Shown here one piece after another: positions 57,026-64,000 of a stretch of 64,000 nucleotides of DNA. How positions within the stretch are numbered: the first letter of the stretch is position 1; each line of letters starts with the position of its first letter. A program made the translations under genes and the position numbers. The notes beneath the pieces are model-generated. The model saw only the letters and a list, made by a program, of their open reading frames with translations. It was not told the origin of the DNA and made no database searches. Source of the DNA: an uncultured Planctomycetaceae bacterium. Lineage in GTDB: Bacteria > Planctomycetota > Phycisphaerae > SM23-33. Location: NCBI GenBank assembly GCA_964583095.1, contig CAZOVB010000009.1, positions 11,379 through 75,378 of the forward strand, read 5' to 3'.

Positions 57026-58757
57026 TTTCTGCCTCTGTTCTGGGCTGAAGGTACGGATACCTCCAGGCGAGTCGATCGAATCTTGTCGGGTTTGTCCGCT
57101 CGTAAATGTGCCCCTCTTCGTCGGCCCCGATCATGCCGAGCGAGGCCAGAAACCGCAAGCGCGTGGTGGTGTAGGACACAATTGCATTGGTCAAACCATT
57201 CTGGGCCTCGCGAAGCGCTTCCTCGGCTTCAAGTACATCTCGAGCCGAGGCCTGCCCTTGCTTCTGCTGCAACACCGCGAGTCTGCGACGCCTTCCGGCA
57301 ATCTGCACGCTGCGCAGCCTTATTTCATACGTACGACTGGAGCGCAAAAGTTCGCGATATGTCTGTCGAACATCCAGATAGACCTCATCGAGCAACTGAT
57401 CCAGCTGCCTGCGAGCCTGCTGGAGGTCCAGCAATGATTCACGATAGGCATCACGATTCCCGGTCTGGTCGATCGGATAATGAAATCGCAGCCTGGCCGT
57501 GCGGGTCAGTTCGTGAAACCGCATCCGGGCGAACCGGCTCTCGGGGGTCGAAGGCACCTCCAGACCCAGATCCAGATCCAATCGCGGCAGGAAATCATCC
57601 GCCGCGATCTGAACGTTGCGATCCGCATCTCGAAGGGCCGCCCGGCTTCTCATCACTTCCGGTCGGGACGTCATGGCCGCCTCGATCGCCTGCTCTTCAT
57701 CGAAGGGCAAAGGAGGCAATTCGCCTTCCTGATCGACCTGTTCTTTCAGTCGGGTCAACGCCTCGGGGTACTCCAGTTTGATCTGGCTGCGGACGGGAAG
57801 TCCCAGGCGGATCTTGAAATTGTCCAGGCTGTCGCGGTACCTCTGCGCAAGGCGTTCCAAGCGAATTCGGGCATCCAGAAGGTTGCTTTCGGACTGGTCG
57901 GCCTGGATCGGAGAGACCGCTCCGCCCTGGACCTGGACCTTGACCAGTTCAAAGGTCTGCTCCAGCCGCGAGATGTTCTCCCGCTCATTACTCAACTGAT
58001 CGAGGATCTCCAGCACGTCGTAGTATCGGGAGAAGATGTCAGCCACAAAGGTCTGGGTGAACCTGTCGTATTCAAATACCCGAAACAGGAAATTCCGCTC
58101 ACGCCGGTACTGCGTTTCATACGCCAGATCCCGCCAGGCCCCTCGAAGCAGGGGCTGTGTGAAATTCGCCTCAAGCGTGGAGCCGGCCATCGTATCGGCC
58201 CCTCCGATCAGGTCGGTTGCCAGGTTCAGCCCGGCCGCCAGCACCAGAACCCCTCCCTGGGCGAAACGCCGAGTCAGTGAGATTTCGTTGTCGGCAGTGA
58301 ACTCGCTGGATTCACCCCCGCCCTCGGTCCGGACATCCTCGGCCTGTCCTTCCAGTGTGCCCTGGACAAGCGTCCAGTTCCAGTCTCGCCGGGAAGACCC
58401 AAGAGCCAGGGCGGCCAGGTAGAGCTGTTCCTTTCGATCCTGGAAGTTTCGGCTGTTCTCCAGGGCGATCTGAACACAGTCCTGAAGACTCAGCGTGACC
58501 TGCTCGGTCCCGAAACCCACAGGGATCACCTTTTTGCCAACCCGGATCTGGTTGTCGTGCAACAGACTGCCACCGTACGGATTATAGTCCACCTGGAAAG
58601 TGTTTACGTTGCCCAGGGCCCATTGCTGGCCCTGCCGCAGCACGTTGTAAGCGACCTTGTCGGCCTGCTGTGCATATTGCTTGGGCGTGCAGGCGCATGC
58701 ACAGGTGACAAAGGCGGGCAATGCAACTTTCAGAACTCTTAATACGCTGGCGATCAT
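57009..58757 (-). CDS. TolC-family outer membrane efflux protein
   Basis: The two-repeat structure with long helical regions and the length are typical of TolC/OprM-like proteins. Lipoprotein-like signal MIASVLRVLKVALPAFVTCACAC. Its stop (57009-57011) overlaps the adaptor start (57025) by 17 nt. Confidence 0.75.
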   Translation of the reverse strand: MIASVLRVLKVALPAFVTCACACTPKQYAQQADKVAYNVLRQGQQWALGNVNTFQVDYNPYGGSLLHDNQIRVGKKVIPVGFGTEQVTLSLQDCVQIALENSRNFQDRKEQLYLAALALGSSRRDWNWTLVQGTLEGQAEDVRTEGGGESSEFTADNEISLTRRFAQGGVLVLAAGLNLATDLIGGADTMAGSTLEANFTQPLLRGAWRDLAYETQYRRERNFLFRVFEYDRFTQTFVADIFSRYYDVLEILDQLSNERENISRLEQTFELVKVQVQGGAVSPIQADQSESNLLDARIRLERLAQRYRDSLDNFKIRLGLPVRSQIKLEYPEALTRLKEQVDQEGELPPLPFDEEQAIEAAMTSRPEVMRSRAALRDADRNVQIAADDFLPRLDLDLGLEVPSTPESRFARMRFHELTRTARLRFHYPIDQTGNRDAYRESLLDLQQARRQLDQLLDEVYLDVRQTYRELLRSSRTYEIRLRSVQIAGRRRRLAVLQQKQGQASARDVLEAEEALREAQNGLTNAIVSYTTTRLRFLASLGMIGADEEGHIYERTNPTRFDRLAWRYPYLQPRTEAENDNDI

Positions 58758-59156
58758 GCTTTTCTTACAATTCGTAAAACACTTCAAAGCGGAAACACCT
58801 TCACCCTCGGGCGCAGGGGATCGTTCCACGACAGGGACGGGGACGGAGCAACACGAGGGAAACAACTTCCAATAGGAAAGATCGCATTGTACGGTGATTT
58901 CCTATAGCTACCAACCCGCGAACGGACCGGAAGTCTTGCTATTCGTAAGTTTTTTCCATGAAGGATCTTGTTCCCGTCGAACTTCACGAACACCCTACCG
59001 GCTTTGCGCCAAGGGCGCAGGCGGCGGCAAGCTTCAGGCCCCAACCGCTCCGAGCCGGTTGAGTTGCGCCCGGGCTTTCCTTAGAATATTCGAGTTCACG
59101 GGCTTGCGATCCCTCGACGGGGTCAAGCCTGGCCGTTGGCAGATACAGGAGACAAA

Positions 59157-61532
59157 ATGCCGGATACATCCATTGCTTTCGTCGGGAACTACCTGCCCCG
59201 GCGCTGTGGAATCGCAACCTTTACCCACGACCTCTGCGAAGCCGTTGCCTTGCAGGTGGCCGGCCGAAATGACGACGTGTTCGTCCTGGCCATGAACGAT
59301 CAGCCCGAAGGCTACCCCTACCCCAATCGCGTGCGGTTCGAGGTCCGCCAGAATACCCAGGCCGACTATCGCCTCGCCGCGGAGTTCCTCAACGTCCACC
59401 AGGTGGACGTGGTCTGCCTCCAGCACGAGTACGGCATCTTCGGGGGAACGTGCGGTTCGCACATTCTGGGACTGCTTCGAAGACTGCACAGGCCCCTGGT
59501 GGCCACCCTTCATACGGTCCTGCGGGAGCCCAACGAAGAGCAGAAGCTGACCATGCGGGAACTGGGAAGGCTGGCCGACCGCCTGGTGGTAATGAGCGAC
59601 GTCGCCCACGACATGCTCAAGGAAGTCTACGACGTTCCCAACGAGAAGGTCGTCACCATCCCCCACGGGATACCGGATGTACCGTTTGTGGATCCCAGTT
59701 ACTTCAAGGACCAGTTCGGCGTGGAAGGCCGAAAGGTGATGCTGACCTTCGGTCTGCTTTCCCCCGGCAAGGGCCTGGAATATGCAATCGAGGCGCTGCC
59801 GGCGGTCGTCGAGCAATGTCCGGAGCTGGTGTACATCATCCTGGGCGCGACCCATCCGCACACCAAGCGCGACAGCGGCGAGGAGTACCGCAACTCCCTG
59901 GTCATGCGGGTCAATGAGCTGGGGTTGGGCGACAATGTGAAATTCGTCAATCGATTCGTGGATCTCAAGGAGCTCTGCGAGTACCTCGGCGCTGCGGATC
60001 TCTACGTGACGCCCTACCTGAACGAAGCCCAGATCACCTCCGGTACGCTGGCCTATGCGATGGGGACAGGCAAGGCCGTAGTCTCCACCCCCTACTGGTA
60101 CGCCGAGGAAATGCTCGGGGACGGGCGAGGCCTGCTGGTTCCCTTCCGCGACAGCGACGCCATCGCCGAAAAGGTCACGGGGCTGCTGGAGAACGAGGTC
60201 GAGCTCAACGCCACGCGCAAGCGGGCTTACAATTACTGCCGCAAGATGATCTGGTCCCGCGTCGCCCAGGACTACCTGGATATCTTCCAGGAGGCCAAGG
60301 AGGCCTGGGTCCAGCGGCGACACCACGTGGTCCGCACGCCGGCGGCCCTTTCCGAGACGACCGACGAGCTGCCCGAGGCGGACCTGCGTCACCTTCGGAC
60401 GCTCAGCGACGATACCGGCCTGCTCCAGCACTGCAAATACTCCACGCCGGACCGCCGGTACGGCTATCGCACCGAGGACAACGCCCGGGCCTTGATCGCC
60501 GCGACCATGTACTGGGACCAGGAACACGAAGAGTCGGTCCTGGGGCTGATCCAGACTTACCTGTCGTTCCTGGATTTCGCTTTTGATGAAGAGAGCGGCC
60601 GATTTCGCAACAAGCTCGGCTACCACCGCCGGTTCGATCTGGGTGAACCCTTCAGCGAGACCTGCCACGGTCGGGTAATCTGGGCGCTGGGCACGTCTGT
60701 GGCGCTGTGCCCCCATGAATCGATGATCGCCCTGGCCACGCGCCTGTTTCACCAGGGACTGGCGGCGATGGAGGATTTCGACTTTCCACGAAGCTGGGCC
60801 CTTGCGATTATGGGCATCCAGGCCTACCTGCGACGTTTCGGAGGGGACAGCGAGGTGCGCCGGTTCCGTGCGATGTTCGCCGAGAAACTGATGGACGGCT
60901 TCGAAGACTGCGCCGACGACCAGTGGCCCTGGTGTGAGGATACGGTCACGTACGCCTCGGCCAAGATTCCCCACGCCCTGATGATGGCCGGCAAATGGAT
61001 GCAGCGCAACGAGATGATCGAGCGAGGCAAGGCCAGCCTGCAATGGCTGCTGGATATCCAGACCAAACCCGACGGCATGTTTTCCTTCATCGGCACGGAG
61101 GGTTTCTACCCGCGAGGCGGAGAAATGGCCCGTTGGGACCAGCAGCCCATCGAGGCCCAGAGCATCGTGGAAGCATGCGTCGAAGCCTATCGCGTCACGC
61201 GGGAGGATCACTGGCTCAGCCAGGCCCGGCGAGCATTCAACTGGTTCCTGGGAGACAACGACCTTCGCACGCCGTTGTATGACTTCACCACCGGCGGCTG
61301 CCGGGACGGACTGCACGCCGACCGGGTCAATGAAAACCAGGGGGCCGAGTCACTCCTGGCCTGGTTGATCTCCCTGCTGACGATGCACGACATCGAAATG
61401 GAAAGAACTCTCGGCCACGTTCCGACCGATACAAATACAGGGCTGCGTCCCGTAGCCAACCCGATCAAACCTACCGGCCCCGTCGTGGGAGCAAGGACCA
61501 GAGAGCATGGCGTCACCGATTGTAATGATTAG
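59157..61532 (+). CDS. GT4-family glycosyltransferase fused to a C-terminal (alpha/alpha)6-barrel-like domain of about 400 aa
   Basis: AGGAGA SD plus ATG at 59157. N-terminus IAFVGNYLPRRCGIATFTHDL. GT4 C-lobe FVNRFVDLKELCEYLGAADLYVTPYLNEAQITSGTLAYAMGTGKAVVSTP (E-x7-E region). The C-terminal part with YRTEDNARALIA, QWPWCEDTVTYASAKIPHAL and NENQGAESLLAWL looks like a six-hairpin glycosidase fold; this is inference. Confidence 0.8.
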   Translation: MPDTSIAFVGNYLPRRCGIATFTHDLCEAVALQVAGRNDDVFVLAMNDQPEGYPYPNRVRFEVRQNTQADYRLAAEFLNVHQVDVVCLQHEYGIFGGTCGSHILGLLRRLHRPLVATLHTVLREPNEEQKLTMRELGRLADRLVVMSDVAHDMLKEVYDVPNEKVVTIPHGIPDVPFVDPSYFKDQFGVEGRKVMLTFGLLSPGKGLEYAIEALPAVVEQCPELVYIILGATHPHTKRDSGEEYRNSLVMRVNELGLGDNVKFVNRFVDLKELCEYLGAADLYVTPYLNEAQITSGTLAYAMGTGKAVVSTPYWYAEEMLGDGRGLLVPFRDSDAIAEKVTGLLENEVELNATRKRAYNYCRKMIWSRVAQDYLDIFQEAKEAWVQRRHHVVRTPAALSETTDELPEADLRHLRTLSDDTGLLQHCKYSTPDRRYGYRTEDNARALIAATMYWDQEHEESVLGLIQTYLSFLDFAFDEESGRFRNKLGYHRRFDLGEPFSETCHGRVIWALGTSVALCPHESMIALATRLFHQGLAAMEDFDFPRSWALAIMGIQAYLRRFGGDSEVRRFRAMFAEKLMDGFEDCADDQWPWCEDTVTYASAKIPHALMMAGKWMQRNEMIERGKASLQWLLDIQTKPDGMFSFIGTEGFYPRGGEMARWDQQPIEAQSIVEACVEAYRVTREDHWLSQARRAFNWFLGDNDLRTPLYDFTTGGCRDGLHADRVNENQGAESLLAWLISLLTMHDIEMERTLGHVPTDTNTGLRPVANPIKPTGPVVGARTREHGVTDCND

Positions 61533-62730
61533 CAGTTACCCCCCGCGTCTGTGCGGGATCGGTACTTTTTGCGAAGAGGCCAGAGAGTTCATCCAGGCCC
61601 AAAACCCCGACCGCGAGGTACTGGTCATCAGCCATACCGACGGCGGAGGCGAGGGAGTCTTTCCGCTGATCGATATCTCGCAGAGCGGCTGGTGGCGCGT
61701 GGTGGCCGAGAAGGTTCACGAGCTTCAGCCCCACGCGGTGCATATCGAACACGAATACGGCCTGTACGAGCACTACGACGAAAGAGGTCACGGCGACGGC
61801 AACGAGGGACTGCTGGATTTGCTCGATGCGATCAGCGATGTGCCCACTGTCATCGAGCCGCACACGGTACACGGCCGCCTGACCGATTACGAAGCGGACT
61901 TCATCTTCAAGATGTGTCGCCGAACCGACGTGGTGCTCTTCAAATGCCATTACCAGAAGTGGCGGCTGGACTGGACCTTCCGCGGGCGCGGCTGGCCCAC
62001 CCCTCGGAATATCATGGTGGTCCCCCATGGCGCGCGAGACGACAGGCGCTTCAGCCTGGCCCAGGTCGTCGAGCTGCGGGAGGAACTCGGGCTCAACGAT
62101 GTCGATCTGTCCAGTCACCTGGTGGGCCTGATCGGGTGGATCCAGTCCAACAAGCGATGGGACATCCTCACCAGCATGTGGGAGGAAATCCACCATACCA
62201 TCCAGGAGCGAACCGGGCAGGACTGGGATCTCCTGGCCGCCGGGGCCATGCGCGACCCGAACCACAAGCAGGACTACGAAACCTACAAGCGCGAGGTGCA
62301 GCTTCTGGAAAACAAGGGCCTGGCCCACTACTACGAGTTCATTCCCCGCGGGGATGTGTATTACAAGATGATGGCCGTGTGCGACTTCATCGTGCTGCCC
62401 AGCACGGACGAAACGCAATCGGGCACGCTGGCCAGAATCATCGCGCTGAACAAGCCCTATGTAACCACCGCACCGATGGAAGGGTTGACCGCCCAGACGC
62501 TGGAAAACGGCGGCGGGCTGCTCTTTACCACCAAGGACATGCTCAAGGAGCACGTGGTCCGATTGGCCTGCGATGAGAGACTCCGCCTGGCCATGGGGGA
62601 AAACCTCAAGCGGTACCTGGACAACGTGGTCAGTTGGAACGTGGTGGCCGAGCAATACAACGAGGCCTACAAGCTCGCCGGCCAAGCCAAGAAAACCGGC
62701 AAGCCCGTGCTGCTGCCGATGGAGTTCTGA
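61507..62730 (+). CDS. GT4-family glycosyltransferase
   Basis: N-terminus IVMISSYPPRLCGIGTFCEEA is paralogous to the N-terminus of the upstream gene. C-lobe FIPRGDVYYKMMAVCDFIVLPSTDETQSGTLARIIALNKPYVTT. It overlaps the upstream gene by 26 nt. Confidence 0.85.
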   Translation: MASPIVMISSYPPRLCGIGTFCEEAREFIQAQNPDREVLVISHTDGGGEGVFPLIDISQSGWWRVVAEKVHELQPHAVHIEHEYGLYEHYDERGHGDGNEGLLDLLDAISDVPTVIEPHTVHGRLTDYEADFIFKMCRRTDVVLFKCHYQKWRLDWTFRGRGWPTPRNIMVVPHGARDDRRFSLAQVVELREELGLNDVDLSSHLVGLIGWIQSNKRWDILTSMWEEIHHTIQERTGQDWDLLAAGAMRDPNHKQDYETYKREVQLLENKGLAHYYEFIPRGDVYYKMMAVCDFIVLPSTDETQSGTLARIIALNKPYVTTAPMEGLTAQTLENGGGLLFTTKDMLKEHVVRLACDERLRLAMGENLKRYLDNVVSWNVVAEQYNEAYKLAGQAKKTGKPVLLPMEF

Positions 62731-62779
62731 ACCTGGAAGAGCCGTATTCCCCGCTCGGGACTCGACGGCAAAACCCAAA

Positions 62780-62819
62780 CGGCGGCGCTGCCTGAGAAGA
62801 CAGCGCCGCCGCTTTTTTA
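62780..62819 (+). terminator. Rho-independent terminator
   Basis: cggcggcgctg (62780-62790) pairs with cagcgccgccg (62801-62811), followed by cTTTTTTac. It lies between the convergent GT4 and hcp genes. Confidence 0.8.
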
Positions 62820-62845
62820 CATCTCTTCAGCTTCCAGTTCGCAGA

Positions 62846-64000
62846 TCAGCCCAGCGTAGCGGCCAGGTCTTCCTGCGGCGTCGAAATCGGCTTGATGTTG
62901 AACTTCTCGACCAGCACGTCCAGGATGGCCGGGGTGACAAAGGCCGGCAGCGACGGTCCCAGTCGCATGTCCTCAATGCCCAGGTACAGCAGCGTAAGCA
63001 GGATGCAGACGGCCTTTTGCTCATACCAACTGAGAATCATCGAGAGCGGCAGGTCGTTAACGCCGCAATCCAGGGCATCGGCCAGGGCCGAGGCGATCTG
63101 AATCGCCGAGTACGCGTCGTTGCACTGCCCGCAGTCCAGCAGGCGTGGGATGCCTTCGATGTCGCCGAATTCCATTTTGTTGAAGCGATACTTGCCGCAA
63201 GCCAGCGTGAGCATCACGCAGTCGTCGGGGACCTGCTCGGCGAACTCAGTATAGTAGTTTCGGCCTGTCTTGGCTCCGTCGCAGCCTCCCACCAGGTAGA
63301 AGTGGCGGATCTTACCCTCCCCGACCAGGGAGAGGACCTTTTCGGCAGCTCCCAGAACGGCATTGCGTGCAAAGCCGATGGTGATGGTTTTTTCCGGGGC
63401 GTCCTCGGTAAAGCCCTCTGCCTGCTGGGCGGCCTGGATGACCGGGGAAAAATCCTCTCGCGTCACATGCTTCACGCCGGGCCAACCGACCAGGCCGGTG
63501 GTAAAGATCCGGTCGTTGTAGACCTTCTGGGGCCTCTGGATGCAGTTGGTGGTCATCAGGATCGCGCCGGGGAAGTCCGCGAATTCCCGCTGCTGATCCT
63601 GCCACGCTCCGCCGTAATTGCCGACCAGGTGATCGTACTTCTTCAGGCCTGGATAGGCCAGGCAGGGCAGCATCTCGCCGTGGGTGTAGATATTGATTCC
63701 GGTTCCCTGGGTCTGCTGGAGCAGGGCTTCGAGATCCTTGAGGTCGTGACCGGAGACCAGGATGCACTTGCCCCTGACCGGTGTCACGCGGACTTCGGTC
63801 GGCTCGGGGTGTCCGTACGTGCCGGTGTTGCCCTCGTCGAGCATGCCCATGACCTTCAGGTTGACTTGGCCGACCTTGAGCACCAGGCCCAGCAGGTCGT
63901 CCATGGAGAGATCATCCTTGGTGAGCATGTCCAAAGCTTCGTGGAAGAAGGCGTACACTTCGTCGTCCTCCACGCCGAGGATCATGGCATGATCCGCATA
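62846..64000 (-). CDS. hcp: Hydroxylamine reductase / hybrid-cluster protein, C-terminal ~385 aa. The 5' end lies beyond the right edge of the window.
   Basis: [98 protein letters not shown] and [13 protein letters not shown] are characteristic Hcp blocks with the hybrid-cluster ligands. Confidence 0.9.
   Translation of the reverse strand, partial: YADHAMILGVEDDEVYAFFHEALDMLTKDDLSMDDLLGLVLKVGQVNLKVMGMLDEGNTGTYGHPEPTEVRVTPVRGKCILVSGHDLKDLEALLQQTQGTGINIYTHGEMLPCLAYPGLKKYDHLVGNYGGAWQDQQREFADFPGAILMTTNCIQRPQKVYNDRIFTTGLVGWPGVKHVTREDFSPVIQAAQQAEGFTEDAPEKTITIGFARNAVLGAAEKVLSLVGEGKIRHFYLVGGCDGAKTGRNYYTEFAEQVPDDCVMLTLACGKYRFNKMEFGDIEGIPRLLDCGQCNDAYSAIQIASALADALDCGVNDLPLSMILSWYEQKAVCILLTLLYLGIEDMRLGPSLPAFVTPAILDVLVEKFNIKPISTPQEDLAATLG

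Noticed and set aside
59034-61316. 760-aa minus-strand ORF antisense to the GT4 fusion gene. Similar cases: 61513..62778 (-), 42336..44393 (-), 47517..49148 (-), 55673..57781 (+), 6087..7550 (-), 3152..4723 (-), 425..1498 (-).
   Set aside because: All are antisense to genes with clear family motifs. All have arginine/glycine/proline-rich compositions and lack motifs or plausible starts with an SD.

Overview
GC-rich bacterial chromosomal segment. Third codon positions are mostly G/C, so long spurious antisense ORFs are common. The gene content looks like the PVC superphylum, probably Planctomycetota; this is inference from content only. I support about 40 protein-coding genes.

The dominant theme is sulfated or complex polysaccharide breakdown:
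- three Cys-type sulfatases, none with a visible signal peptide
- two paralogous secreted proteins of about 1150-1175 aa with a parallel beta-helix and a C-terminal LamG domain
- a GH95-like hydrolase, an SGNH esterase, an aldo/keto reductase and a PfkB (KdgK-like) sugar kinase
- two paralogous secreted PQQ/BamB-like beta-propellers
- three AraC/XylR-type regulators plus one decayed regulator fragment

Interspersed housekeeping and accessory genes:
- long-form glutamine-dependent NAD synthetase
- a MATE exporter and a CopB-type (CPH motif, His-rich N-terminus) P-type ATPase
- a Na/Pi cotransporter, PhoU-like protein and sensor kinase unit
- AnmK
- a TolC-adaptor-ABC (MacAB-like) efflux operon
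- two overlapping GT4 glycosyltransferases
- the 3' part of hybrid-cluster protein Hcp

The least-explained content is a minus-strand cluster at about 34.3-41.0 kb under a divergent AraC regulator. It holds a URO-D-fold enzyme, an atypical G3E GTPase, an HzsA-like beta-propeller protein with three CXXCH motifs and a secreted beta-propeller. A second unexplained pair is a beta-propeller fused to di-haem cytochrome c peroxidase followed by an FkbO/Hyg5-like chorismatase.

I recognised no rRNA, tRNA, CRISPR array, transposase, integrase or phage genes. All functional calls rest on by-eye motif recognition in the translated ORFs. No database search was run.
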